Below, piece by piece: positions 25,761 through 39,960 of a stretch of DNA of 64,000 bases. The notes below the pieces were generated by a model, which was not told the origin of the DNA, did no database searches, and saw only the letters and a list, made by a program, of their open reading frames with translations. The position numbers and the translations under genes are program-made. The stretch's first letter is position 1, and each line of letters starts with the position of its first letter. Origin of the DNA: Balanoglossus misakiensis (taxonomy: Eukaryota > Animalia > Hemichordata); assembly GCA_040954595.2 (NCBI GenBank), contig CM082585.2, positions 3,874,902 through 3,938,901 on the forward strand, written 5' to 3'.

Positions 25761-28700
25761 TGTATCAAAATGGGTATTACTGAGGAGGGGGGGGGGGCAG
25801 TTTGGGCCAAGACTGGTTGGGGCATTTCAGAGGACATTTCAAAATCAAATTTACTTGAGGCACCCTGAGGAAATATTTAAGACGGGTTCTCATGTGCCAT
25901 GGTTAGGGTGCTCCTTTTTTATTATCATAAGTGGGTAAACATTTCTTATTAGTGACTTCAAAATCTTGTGTCCACATATGTTACTTGAGTTTCAAATAGG
26001 TCGGAGATCAACAGGCATTTGCATGATCCATTACCGATTCATGGTAACTTTTCATTGGAGGTTGGAGGTTGCACATGAAAGACAAAATGCAAAGTAGTTT
26101 TTTTTTTGGTTATGAAACAAAAGTTACATTAAAAGCTTGCTTGATTTCGATCCATATATTGTATTGCAGCAATCGAGGAACAAGCTATGCCAGTATTCTG
26201 GTCAGTTTTTTTTGTTTTGTTTTGTTTTCTCATTTTTTTTGTTTTCTCATTTTTTTTTTTTTTTTTTTTTTTTTAGCTTTTCGAACTGTCACTCGTATGT
26301 TCTTGAGAAAACTCACAACTTGGGTTTTAAACAAAAAAAAATGTTGTGGAATAAACTACAACTACAAACACTAAGTAAACGTCAGAAAAATTGCATCAAA
26401 ACTAAAAAAAAAAATTCAAACAAGATAAATGATTACAATCAAAGATAAAATAATTCAGGCAAATACAGCCAAAGCAAGTGATGTCAAGCAAAGCGAGCAA
26501 CTCTTACAAGAAGGTGGAAAGTACACAAGTCATGCAGACTGAATGTTTAACAGTGACTGATTGAATGTTGATGCCATAGTATGGATGGTATTGTGAAATG
26601 TGTCTGTCTACAGTGTGTTTCAATGTTAGCTCCCAGCAGTATTCACTTTGCGTGAATTTCTCCAGGTCTTCAACCAATTTGTCAGTCTTGTGGATCATTT
26701 GTGAGGTGCTATGATTAACCCCTACAACTGTCAATCCAGCAGAGGCAATGTTATTAACAATGAATTGCACATGCATAACTGACTCAGAGGGCCCAGAGGG
26801 AAAACCAGTTTCATTCAAAAACGAAGAATAGCCAGTGCCTTGGGGGTCTAAACCATGGGATTTGCAACAATAACTGTTGTCCCCTGATATCAATGCATCC
26901 GTAGAAGAATTTGAAAAGCTTGGCGATAAAAATGCAGCAAATATGCAACATGCCAATGAGAGTAGTACCTGTAATGATAGGAAGCCTTTTGATGGTCTGA
27001 TAAAATAAACGAGCAGAAAAGTTGTAAAACATTGTCCCTGTGATGCATCGTTGGAGATCATACATTTTTTATGAAAATTTCTTCTATGAATATAAAAATA
27101 GTGGTACTGTGACAACCTATGAACAAGGATTAATCCTCACTACTTCAGCCTTGAAACAGAAATGCGTCAAATGTTTGATAATATTATTAGTTAAACTATA
27201 ATATTAAATAACAGTTCTTACAAAATATGTGCTGTCTTTCACCTGGCTACATGTTCCCTTTTGTTGAATGAAGTTTGACACATCAAAGTCCAGCCAGCTT
27301 TTGAAAGCATGGGGACATTGTGACCAGCAGCAGGTTAGAAGGGGGACAGATCACATTTTCGGGGGACAATATATCAGGACAGGTTCTCCCTGGGAAAAAT
27401 CATAGAGTCGGGCCTAATTTCCATAAAATTTACATAATCATAGGTTCTTTTGGACAAATTTTACCACGGTCATTACTTATCAAATATGCTGACATTGGCA
27501 CATCGTACTTACTAACAAAGAATATTGTCTTTTTTATACGCAGTGTAAAGTAGGCCTAGTGAAATACTATTACTAGTGAAAGTCCGCTCCAATAAAACAC
27601 CCTGATGTTCCCACGACTTGCTATGCGCCTCAAAAAACTGTGATGTTGTCATATTTTTTACGCGCTAGCAACAACCAGTGGTAAGAGAGACAGATAAATC
27701 GATGCTGCTATGATAGCCTGTTTATTGATGTTTTAAAATGGGGAAGAAATTTTATAGATGGCAGACATTTAGAGGCTAAAAAATGGCAAATATTCAACAG
27801 TGTCGAGCCGTTTTCAAGTGGGAGTTGGACACCGTCCTGCTATATACCAATTTACTAGCTGGTAGCTTACGGATGGGACCTTTGACACATTAGCCACTTC
27901 TTGTGTCAGCTGCTCTATCGCACGAGCGGGTGGCTTAATTCAAGACACCGCGTTGTTTATCATGACGGTGGTTTTTGTTTCTTTATTTTTTTTTGTTTAT
28001 TTATTTGATTGTTTGTTTCCCCGAACAGAACACCTAATTCACCTGTGTCCTGGATGAAACACTGCCTGCCCATGCCAAATTCACAAGTTTTCAGTGCGGG
28101 TTGTCTTTTACATCCTACTACATGTATGTATTTTTTAGAAATTGGACATATCCTAAGACATCTCAGATTTTGTGTTAATTATGATATACTGCCATTGGCG
28201 AAGAAATGTTAACATGTATTGTTTTTGAGGGGGAAAAAGATCAACATTCAGGATCAGATTAATCGTTTTGATAATAATTATTTTGCAATCATACCCATCC
28301 ATATTCTAAACAGAGTCAAATAGTGCAAAGTATTTAAAAGTTTCCCTGGTCCAAGTACCGTAATCAGTCTATTAATTCAACCGCTCCATTAATTCAACCA
28401 CCCACAATTCTTTGAAAAATTAATTATTTTATAACCTTCAATTGATTGACCACTGATTAAATGCATGATATTGATATTGTGTATTTTTCAAGAAGATATC
28501 TGCACCTTAGACCGTCCAAGGTATTCAGAACTCACTGATTTTATTCTGTGTGACCTTAAACAATTCAATTCTATCATAAATATCACCTAAACTACATGCT
28601 GATAGTTTATACAGTTCATGCCATGCAAATGTGCCCCCTGAAAACTTAATCAAGCGCTTTGAGTGGCCATTTTTGTTTTATGTTATTTTTATTCTATTAG

Positions 28701-28797
28701 TTTGCCTTTTCACAAATCATATTTATTTTTTTCTGAGTGATTACGGTAGGCATAAATCAGGGCAGTTGACCAAGAAATTTACCTGCCCTGCGCAATT

Positions 28798-30360
28798 ATT
28801 ACCAGCCCTCGGCTGCTGTTAATTTTATAAGCCTGTGCAAACGCACAGACACATGACATGACCTCCAAGAAAAGTTGCTTCATCATTTGTCAAGTTTAGC
28901 TAAGTTATTACAATGCGCGTACGCTCAGTGCGTTGCTTGTGTTACTAGGTTATTGATGCTATTTACAGGACGCCTGTCTAAAGATAACTTGTGCACTGAA
29001 TGAAATGGCAGCGCACTGCTCTTGACAGCGTGCAGAGCTGTGTTGCTTCTTGGGTGATTCAAGCTGTGGAAGGTGTAAAATCACTCAGTTGTGTTCAATA
29101 AATTATCAAAAAATTGAAAGCCAGGAGAAAGTTACAGTGAAAGCAAAGGTGGACACAAAGCAAAAGTACGGGAGGTGACAATCAGTCACATTGTTGCTCA
29201 CTCAGGAAGAATGCATCACAGTGACCCATAAAGATTATTTTGTTGCGGCAATCCAACATTTACTGCGTCAAATGTCGCAAGGCCGCACGCTAGCTGAAAC
29301 ACTGAAAGAGAGAGCATATTTGGTAGGCAGTCATACAACATTGGCACTTTTGTTTTTAGCATAAAGGTAAACTAACTTTTGCCAAATATTCAGAGGGTAT
29401 CAACTTCAAGGACAGAAAACGTGGACATTCCTGCCTGCTATTTAGGTTAGTGGTTAGAGGTTAGAGGTTAATGTTAGAGGTTAGATTGGGGTTAAAGGTT
29501 AGTTATTGCAATAGAAGGCTGCAATGTTCAAGTGTAACTGTCCTGAAAGCAGTCATCCGAATATCTGTAGGCCTGGAAGGTCCTAACCAGTAGACTGTGA
29601 TAATTCGTGATTTCTAGACACAAGCAAGACATTCCTTCACTTGGTAACAGTATAATTTTATCATACAAGTAGTTTTTGTCTGTCTATCAAAACTATCCGC
29701 TTTGCTTTGTAAAATTTTAATAAAAAGTATGCAGTTTCAGATAATAAGTTGGAAAAACAATTGGGTGGCTTAGAATCCAAAATAGGTGCTCTCTCTGTGT
29801 TTAAAACACTAATACTATCTAAAATCACCAATGATAGAAATAAAATAAAACAATATTACAGTGTTTCAGCTAACATGTGGCCTTGCGACATTGACGCAAT
29901 AAATGTGGATTTTCGCAACAAATAAATCTTTATGGGTCACTGTGACACATTCTTACTGAGTGAGCAACAATATGCCTGATTGTCACCTCGCGTACTTTTG
30001 CTTTGCGTCCGCCTTCACTTTCATTGTAACTTTCTCCTCCCTTTCAATTTTTGATAATTAGTGTACACAACTGAGTGATTTCACACCTTCCACGGCTTGA
30101 TGAACCCGAGAAGCAACACAGCTCTGCACGCTGTCAAGAGCAGTGCGCTGCCGTCTCATTCAGTGCACAAGTTATCTTCAGACAGGCGTCCTATGAATCG
30201 CATCAATAACCCAGTAACACAAGCAATGCACTGAGCGTACGCGCATTGTAATAACTTAGCTAAACATGACAAAAGATGAAGCAACTTTTCTTGGAGGTCA
30301 GCCATGTGTCTGCGCGTCTACACAGGCTTATAAAATTAACAGCAGCCGAGGGCCAGTAAA
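28798..30360. repeat. ~505-bp inverted repeat pair with ~550-bp spacer
   Basis: 28798-29304 vs reverse complement of 29858-30360, high identity by eye. Confidence 0.9.
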
Positions 30361-30749
30361 CTTTGCCGCAAAAGAAAATGGCCGCCACCATGGAAAAATG
30401 CAAGAAACAATGAAAACGTTGCATTTCTGACTATAAAATTTCATAAACAAAGCATGATCTCATCCACTACAATTATGGAAGTAAATGTACTCCGCTGAGA
30501 CATTACATTTTCATTTTTGATCGCAATATTGCAGGAATTTTCAATTTCCTTTAACGTTTGGCCATTTTGTCATAAATAAGTGATCTTGATATACTATTAT
30601 GAAATATCATTTAATAGACATAATTCAAAGGATATATGGGATTATTTAAAACTTAAATTTTTTATCCAATTACAGCTCATGTGCCTTTAATCTAATCCTG
30701 AATGTTGATCTTTCCCCTCCCCTCCCCCCCCCCCAAAAAAAAAAAAAAT

Positions 30750-31475
30750 CACAGAAAAACTCAGACTCGGTCACAGATATCGAAAACAGAGGAATGGCAT
30801 AAACAAAAGATCAGCTGATTGCAGTCAATCCATGTACTGTACATTTCTAGTATCATATTCAAACATCAGGAAATAAATAATGAAGGTTTATTAACGCAAG
30901 TGAAAATTCATTTAAGGGTTTTACTGAAATATATCTGAAAAATTTCGATTTTTTGTGAAATCTTGGTGAGGACTCAGGCAATATTTGCATTCATTTGCGT
31001 TCTCAGGAAAGTTAACGTATATATGGGCGCTCAGAAGGTTGCAATACTTTCGCTGACATGACTGCTTAGTACATGGTACACAGTATGTATGGTACACGAA
31101 TGTCGAATCCAGCATCATCGAGAGGTTTGCTTTACATGCGTGAGCGAGCCATGTTGACTGCGCATGATTCAAGAGCAGATGACATGTAGTGCCGCATTAG
31201 GAAGAAAAAAATAAACAAATCACCAGTCGAGGTCAGATTTGAAATTAATAAATACGCAGTACATTGTATTTATTCTGTGTATGTTTGCATTTCTTTTTTA
31301 GCCCTTAATATGTTCGCATTGTTTGAAAGCTCCGTTATTCAGTCAGAAATTGTCCACGTCTGGCTGGTTCTTGAGTGTGTCACGAGTCCACGTCATAACA
31401 CGATACATTAACAGTAATAATTTACAGCTATGACGTCACAAAATTCACAGGTATTGATAAAGCTATAATATAAAA
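30750..31475 (+). mobile_element. Second copy of element A body (palindrome missing)
   Basis: Colinear with ~10320-11113 (tgtactgtacatttctagtatcatattcaaacatcagg...gataaagctataat). Confidence 0.85.
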
Positions 31476-31713
31476 TCATTTATATCTATGTTAAGGGGCC
31501 ATAGTGATGTCCAAAAGAAGCTACGATTATGTAAATTTTATGGAAATTAGTCCCGACTCTATGATTATTCCCAGGGAGAACCCTGTCCTGACATATTGTC
31601 CCCCGAAAATGTGATCTGTCCCCCTTTCTAATCTGCTGTGGGTCACATGTCCACACTAGTACAATATTTTACCCACAATTCTCCATGATTTGTATCATCG
31701 AAGGTTGACATTT

Positions 31714-32725
31714 TTATAACTTTTTCTGTTTTACATACTAATAACTTTTTATGTTTTACATACTAACTAATAACTTTTTCTGTTTTACATACTAATAACT
31801 TTTTATGTTTTACATACTAACTAATAACTTTTCTGTTTTACATACTAATAACTTTTTATGTTTTACATACTAACTAATAACTTTTTCTGTTTTACATACT
31901 AATAACTTTTTATGTTTTACATACTAACTAATAACTTTTTCTGTTTTACATACTAATAACTTTTTATGTTTTACATACTAACTAATAACTTTTTCTGTTT
32001 TACATACTAATAACTTTTTATGTTTTACATACTAACTAATAACTTTTTCTGTTTTACATACTAATAACTTTTTATGTTTTACATACTAACTAATAACTTT
32101 TTCTGTTTTACATACTAATAACTTTTTATGTTTTACATACTAACTAATAACTTTTTCTGTTTTACATACTAATAACTTTTTATGTTTTACATACTAACTA
32201 ATAACTTTTTCTGTTTTACATACTAATAACTTTTTATGTTTTACATACTAACTAATAACTTTTTCTGTTTTACATACTAACTAATTACCAGAGGTCGCGG
32301 TAACATTTTTTTGAGTGCGTCTTTTTGACGCATTCATAAAAATAATGTGTCAAACTCCTTTCAGCCTGCGTCCTAGACATGTCTAGTTCAATATTCATTA
32401 AACAAAATTAGCTACATTTTGAGTACAAAAGATTGGGCGCACTAGTGGTTGTTACATTTTGAGTACAAAGTTTGCTCGCACAAGTGATTATTTTGATCCC
32501 AGGGGGATAGTCAGTGGTATGGGGTATCACGCGTATGGTTTCCGTTGACCATTGTGCATATAGAGCGGCCGTTCCTATGCGTCAATATTGATGCACTGAT
32601 TAAGATATCTGCGTCAAGTGAGGATTTTTTGCGTCAAATACGCATACTTTTTGCGTAAACGCGACCTCTGAATTACTTTTTCTGTTTTACATACTAACTT
32701 ATAACTTTTTCTGTTTTACATACTA
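31714..32725. repeat. 54-bp (25+29) dimeric AT-rich minisatellite, interrupted by a MITE
   Basis: taataactttttctgttttacatac + taataactttttatgttttacatactaac, about 10 dimers, resuming after 32670. Confidence 0.93.
32289..32670 (+). mobile_element. MITE, CAGAGGTCGCG termini, copy 1
   Basis: cagaggtcgcg...cgcgacctctg, flanked by aattac on both sides. Confidence 0.85.
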
Positions 32726-33481
32726 AAAATGATATGAAGTACATATAAATCTATTTATTTTTATCTGGGAAAAGTATGTTGAGGAATTAGAGTGAAAATT
32801 TCAAAATCAAAATTTAAAAGCTATAGGAATCAAAGTATTCATGTACTGCAAATGTCACACTTTGGAGGAAACAAGCAATGACTAACTGAGGTGGCCAGTC
32901 TTTGTTGTAGTTAACATGTAAATTCCTTTGTTTTGTCAATAGAAAAAATCAACATCTTTTTGTTTGATTTATATTAAAACAGGTGTTTCCCGTTTTAAAC
33001 TTTATTGTATGGCTGGCTATGCAACTGCTTGATTATTTTATAAAATTCATATCTCCTCTCTCAATAATGCATAATTTTTTAAATCATTTGAAATGGTTAT
33101 TGACAATAAGACTTGTCTTAAAAGTACAATCTCAAAATTTGTATTAGTGGTCTACAATTCTCTCTACACATGTGAACTATGCCTGGTTTGACTGAGGAAT
33201 TTCTGATGGTACAAATCAGAATGAATCATGAGATATTTCTGGTACTGTGTGCTTTCAAAAACTGGCTGAAACACTGATAATATACCAATTTGCTGTAAAT
33301 TTGAGGAATTTTACCTGTTGAAATAACAATTTGTATTTTTATCTGTCTAGCTGAATTTTGGTGAATATCATTATGCTCCATAAATGTTTGCCTTTGTACT
33401 TTGACAAATATTTTTAATCGAGGTTGAAGATATGTAACACCACTAATATGTACAGTAGATTTTTATGTCTTTGATAATAAA

Positions 33482-33839
33482 CAGAGATCGCGGTAAAAAA
33501 AATTTGAGTGCGTATTTTTGATGCATTCATAAAAAAAATGTTTCAAACTCCTTTTAGCCTGCGTTGTACACATGTCTAAGTCAAAATTCATCAAACAAAA
33601 TTAGCTACATTTTGAGTACAAAAGGTCGGGCACGCAAGTGATTATTTTGATCCCAGGGGATAGTCAGCCGTATGCAGGTATCACGCTATGCAGGTATCAC
33701 GCGTATGGTTTCCGTTGACCATTGTGCAAATAGAGTGGCCATTCCTATGCGTCAATATTGATGCACTTATTAAGATTTTCACGTCAAATGAGTATTTTGG
33801 CGTCAAATATACATAATTTTTACGTAAACGCGACCTCTG
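33482..33839 (+). mobile_element. MITE, CAGAGGTCGCG family, copy 2
   Basis: Colinear with 32289-32670; flanked by ataaa on both sides. Confidence 0.85.
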
Positions 33840-34630
33840 ATAAATGCCAAAAAATTGTTTACTAAACAGCGAAAATCGATACATGGGCTGTTGAATTTCA
33901 GTCACCATGACGATGCATGTAGTCTGTGACAAACGTAACATTCCATAAAAAAGTGTATGAGGTCCTTTTTGAGTGTCTAGCATTCACATTATATTATCAA
34001 CGAATTTACTTGCAACACATTGCAGGATGCTACAATTTCTAATGCAAATTTGTTTGCGAAATTATGTTTAGCTTTACATTATATGACAAAAGTGAACATG
34101 TGTTACTGCCAGATGCTGTTATTTTTCATTTGTCAAGTATACCAGGTCTCATTCACTGGGTTTATAGGGAGGCTTTATGTATACAGACCCACCAATATTG
34201 GTATTTACGCACCTTGATAATGAACGTTTGCTATGAAAAATTATTCACAAAATCAATCGACTGCAACTAATTTCCGAAAATAAATAAATAACCTACGGAA
34301 GGTTTAACATATTTTAGTCAACACAGATGTGTTGCTGCGCCGAATATGACTGCATACGCGGCGAGTTTTCCGGCCAGTGACAATTCCTATGGTTATTGCA
34401 ATGGCGGTATACTCATTAACATCTCTTTACATCTCATTAACTTTTCGCGCCATTGTGTCCGTGGCTAATTTCCCTCTATTCATATTTAAATCTCCACCAA
34501 TCAGAGCTTTTAAATAGAATTCCGATTAACTTTTGGGGAAAATCTGTCAGATTTGCTTATGAATATTCTGATCGTGGTTGTGGGAGGTTGCTGCATAATT
34601 TTTGTTTGTAAACATTGAATTAATGAAATC

Positions 34631-35110
34631 ATGCCCAAAGTTTGCAAACTTTCTGAACTTGTGAAAGATCAAATTGAGGCACTGCATAGGCAAGGTTTGA
34701 GAAACCGAGAAATCGCAAGGAAGTTTGGAATCACCGAAGGCAGCGTCAGGTACAACATTCGGAAACTTGTTTGAAATGGTAGCACGGACAATTTACACCG
34801 ATCTGGACGGCCAAGGCGAACAACTGAACGGGAAGACCGAATGTTGATTAGATCAAGTCTGACGGACAGATTCAAGACGGCCCGTGACCTCCACGCTAAG
34901 TTTCACGAGGATACCGGTAAACTTTTGAGTCTGAGCACAATCAAATCCCGATTGTATAGAGGAGCCAGACTTTGTGGATGTGTGGCCAAGAAAAAGACGA
35001 AATTACAACCCTGGCACATCGCAGCGCGACTACGTTTCGACCGGCGGTACGTGAACTGGACACCTTTTCAGTGGTCCCAGGTTGTTTGGTCGGATGAGTC
35101 AAAGTTTACT
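34631..35110 (+). pseudogene. Tc1/mariner transposase remnant (paired HTH, GRPR linker, up to first catalytic D)
   Basis: MPKVCKLSE...REIARKFGI...*...RSGRPRRTTEREDRMLIR...STIKSRL...AARLRF...WSQVVWSDESKF; in-frame stop, truncated after WSDESKF. Confidence 0.9.
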
Positions 35111-35804
35111 GTGTTCGAGTTACCTCATGAATATTCATGATGTTCTTTGCATTGTTGTTTTCATAGAGAATGGAACGTTTCGCTGACTCCGTCGCACATC
35201 TATTTTTACGTCGATATTTCCCGCTCAAATTTAATCGTAGATGAAAGATTTTTGTTGTACGACATATTTCTCATGAATTTATTAAATATATTTGAATTTT
35301 TGCTAAGAACTGTCTGCAAGGTGTGTTATTTCATGTTTCTGAAATGTTTTCACTGCAGAACATGGGTGCGTAAATACTTATTGGCGGGTCTGATACATGT
35401 ACATATCTGTACATATTATTCTTGTTGTTGTAAACATTTCATTTGTGTCTGTTTCAAGGTCAAATGAGGTGAGTTATAACACCTTGATTCATGGGTTGTG
35501 TGACTTTTGGAAACCCTCACTCACATTCATGGAAGAGTTTTATCCTAAAAACAGTATACTTCAGTTGTCCCTAATAATAGCCTTTGTGTAAATTTCCCCT
35601 CTCTCAAGTGAGACAGAAGTAAAGAAATCATCTTCATAATGAAGATGTATTGGATAGCTGGTGAAGTGCTCAATACATTCCCTTCAGTGTGTGTTCCACT
35701 AGATGAAACAGTACTATGAAGTGGAGGCAGTACAGATGAGGTGCGTTCAGTTGGCATCCTTCAGTCTTGAGAGATCAATTGGATTTTCATGCTGGGATGC
35801 TGGT

Positions 35805-36370
35805 CTAGATCTGGAACAGCCTCAGGTACGTGTGACTGGTCAATCCAATGTGAGAATGACAGTCTCTCTGACACTTCAAACAGATGAAGGCTAAGGAGGA
35901 GCTGTTTGCCTGGCTTGTTGCCTTCCCTCTCTGTCTCTTGACTTCAGACGTTTGGGCGAGTGTCTCTTCAATGTTGGAGAGGCCATTGCCAACCACTTGT
36001 CTCCAGGTCATTAGGTCTGAGGCTTTAGACTCCTTAGAGTTTGTGTTGATGTCCAGGGCCTTCATGTCTCTTTTGCAAACATCCTTGTGGTGTAACTGTC
36101 AGGTCTGCTTTGTTAAGTGTCAGTTCACCATACAGGAGAGGATCCGCCCATCATCTAAAAGCACATTGCCAAGCCAGTGTATTGTGTCTCCGCTTCAGCA
36201 GACTGTACCAGGTACATGCTAGAAATTCCAACTCTCTTCAGGACAGTGGTCTTAGTAACTTTGTCTTGATATTTCACATCCAGGATACGTCACAGGCAGA
36301 ACATGTGAAAGGGTATTGAGCTTATGTTCCTCATAGTATAGGTGCTCCAAGATCCACTGCTGTACTGTAC
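35805..36370 (-). mobile_element. RTE-clade (BovB-like) LINE 3' fragment
   Basis: KRDMKALDIN...ASD..TWRQVV...KRQRGK...FICLKCQRDCHSHIGLTSH, typical RTE ORF2 C-terminus. Confidence 0.8.
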
Positions 36371-39300
36371 AAATTAAGGTACTCACAACACAAACACTGC
36401 ATGTAGATGTGGACATCAGTGTCCTACTTAGTAATAGCCTGCGTCCAGTAGTCCCAAAGTAGGAGAACTTTGTGATTAAGAAGAACAAAGATCTGAGCCT
36501 AACAAACTGCATAAGGCAAATTGGTCTCCTGGTGAGATATATACCATCCACCTCAGCTGGCATGATCTCCAGTATATGCCATGGTGAATATATGCAATCT
36601 CCAATGCACTCTTGCTATAATGGCCTGACTATTCATTATTCCTGAGGAGCAATGATTCATGGTTGGACAAGTATTCATCATATGGCGAGAAACATATATG
36701 TGGATCTGGGAGTCTGCTATAAGAGAGCTTAGGGTTGAAAGCATGAGTTAATGGTCTAGCTCAAAGTAGTTTTCAGTAATAGAGTGATCTGACCTGCCCC
36801 ATCCTCCTGGCAAAGTATTTTGTGTTGGTTCCCTTGACACTATTTCAAATTGCGTGCATCACAAATAGACCAATTGGCCAGAGAGGCCTCCGCAAATAGA
36901 GAAAAGACACAGCTATTAAACCATCTCAATGCGTACCAAGAACCATAGACAAAGGTGAAGAGAAAAGAAAGCTGCCATATCATACAGATTCAATATGTAG
37001 ATTACAAACTGCAAATAGATTGGCTGAGGGAACAGGATCCATTGACTACATGAGAAATATAAGGATTTGAGAGAATAATTAAACAGAGCTTCAGTTGATG
37101 TGGTATACTGACTGTTCATGTCTACTAACACTACTTGAATGGACATAGGCTACATGTATGTGCTTTCTGGTGATATAGTAATAGACAGAACTGCATGAAG
37201 CTCACTTTTATGTGCAGGGGTTAATTCCCACGACACTGAACTGGACTGCCAGGCACGCAGAAAAAATGGTCTGATGCAAATCAAGACTTGTAGTGAAGCA
37301 CGAAGGTTGTCAGATGATTGTCACCATACATTTCACAGTATTTTGAGGCCTGTCCCCAATGTGTACCGTCTTTGATGGAAATTGTTTTACACTTGAGTGA
37401 TTTGGTCAGAGCAATATATCCATAAGATCCCATTAAAACTTACCGATTTAGGTAAATGGTTGTCATCAAGTTCAGATGACCAGAGGTCTCAGAAGGATGA
37501 AGCTGCCCACAACTTGACAGAGCTGAAAATATCAGAGATATCAATGACAGCACCCGTAAATGGTGTGTTTCAATAGAAAAGACACAAGGAAGAGGATCAC
37601 TATGATCAGAGGCTCAGCTGAGAGATGTATCTTAGTGATCACAGGTGGACGTATACCCCACAGGTGTTGACGTCTGCACCTCAATAATATCATATGTACA
37701 GGCACATGTACATGTATAACCTATAAAACGATAGTTTCGTAATGTGTAAAGAATAGTATGCCACTGACGGCAAGGAAGAAGGAATTCTGACAACTGCTAA
37801 AAATTAAAGTGACATCGCATATGGGCAGCCAATGGGAAACCCATTTGCTATAAGTACACATTTCTGCATTGTGAGCTGAACGCCAAGTTTAACTGTCCTC
37901 CAGGTGGAACACTGTGGTGATCTATGATTGCAGCATCCCCAAACGACATAGTAGAAACTTGACTCTGATGAATAGGGGTATATGTGACATAGCTGTATCC
38001 CAGAAGCCCAGGTGCAGAAGTCAGCAGTGTGATAGAGCATGTCTGTTACAGATCGTCACCATTCACTTCCATATTTGGAAAAATCAGTGATGGGATAAAT
38101 ACCCTTTTTGTCTGTTGGAGTGGGAAATCTGCTGAAATATTCCACTACAGGACCAAAATAATTCACTAACTTAGACTCTAATTGCTTGATTTCAAGACAT
38201 ATATCTGTAGATACAAACCAATGCTAAGTGGATGTACAAGGGTGCATATTACTGCTGGGCCGGTGGCTCCACTCATAAACCCGCATTTCTGAGACAAGAT
38301 TCTGCAATACAGAAGTCAGGACACACATGGGCCCTAGGAGTATGAAAGTAGAAGTGGCACCCAAACCACACACCCACTATGGGTGTGGGTGAAGCAAAAT
38401 GTTTGACACAAGTATTAGAAGCAAGAGCCAGGGTAATTTACACAAAGGCTAACAAGGCAATACAAAGCAGTATACTCTGTTTATATGTTCTCCAAAGATG
38501 TCATTCAACATACTGTCTTACGTATGTTCTATCATTTGCGCAAGTTATTGAAGACTTACAATCATTGTAGGGATGAACTCTCAATTTCATGGTCCACATT
38601 TTCTGAATTCAAATCTGTAAGCAACTCCAAATTCTTTACTGACACCTTGTATCAAAGGGTCAACTATTATTATCACAAATTCTACGATTTAGTCTTCCAA
38701 GGCCCCACCTAATCCAGTTCTTGAATGAAACTGATTTTCCATGGACTCTCCTCGTCAAGTTATGCATGGCGATCCATTGTTAATGACACTGTCTCTACTG
38801 GATCGACAGTTAAAGGGGCGAAATCATAACACCAAACAAATAACCCACAAAAGAGACAAATTGGCGATGACGTGAAGAAATTCACACAAAGTGGTGTCTG
38901 CTGGGAGCTGTATCAAACCTCACTGCAAACAACACGTCACAATACCATCCAATGTGGACCAACAGCCACATTAGATCATACTGTGAAACAAATCAATGAA
39001 AATGTGTATCGTAAAACACACAGTCATGGAACCATGTGTAAACAAAATTATTCAAAATCGAAATTGCATGACAGAGAATTTTTTTTTCTGAATGCAGAGA
39101 ATTTTTTTTTCTTCTGAATGCTTAAGAATTCCTACTCCAAGCTCGGTAGTTGACATTTGCACATGGTACCCCTGAAGTGTACTATTTTATCGTAAAGCAC
39201 ACAATCAGGGAAGTGTAAACAAAACTAGATATATTCAAAATCAAAGAAAATGGATGGCTGAATGATTAAGTGATCCAATGTAAACTTTTCTGTACATTAT

Positions 39301-39960
39301 GAAAACAATAATTGTAACTCATAGAAAATTCACATCTTTTCTGAATATTGATGGTTTGATGTCAAAGGGGCAATTTGAATTACATGTTATCAATTTTGAG
39401 ACGGCTTTGCCGACCAGACCTGAGCCGGTGTAAGGATAACACCTCTCTATAACCCATTGTCTATGGGGCCGTGCGTCAACACCTACGGGTATACATTAAC
39501 TACGTGTATGTGGACACAAGCGACTCAAAGGATTAATTCTCGGTGTTAACAAAAGGTAAATAGTGTCTCTGAAATGTTTCAAATTTTTACCAGTGGGACG
39601 ATGGTATTATATACAGGTACCCTACACTACGAATGACACACACACTTACACCAAACAAACAAACAAACAAAGCACAAACAAATAAACAAACAGAAATACC
39701 CTACAACTATACTATACTACAACTAACTATAACTACAACTAACAAAATAACTTAATATACAAATAAATAAACTGTTCAAATACAGATGTGTACACTGAAA
39801 TATATAAAAATGCATGCCAGGGTTGCCACCAAAACTACCGTAAGCACTGCAAGCTGGGAGTCCATGCATCTACGGACCTCTGTTGACGGATGAGGCATCA
39901 TGGAGACTGCATGGTAGTGGGACTTCTGGTCCAAATCATCTTGCAGCATTCCTCTGCTAT

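Larger units (their letters stand above)
27313..31652. mobile_element. Large element or nest bounded by ~145-bp terminal inverted repeats
   Basis: 27313-27456 is the reverse complement of ~31508-31652 (ggacagatcacattttcgggggacaatat / atattgtcccccgaaaatgtgatctgtcc). Confidence 0.75.

Noticed and set aside
39860-39905. Possible SECIS (ATGA...AA...GA on the minus strand)
   Set aside because: Helix II does not pair convincingly and it would lie inside the putative readthrough frame.
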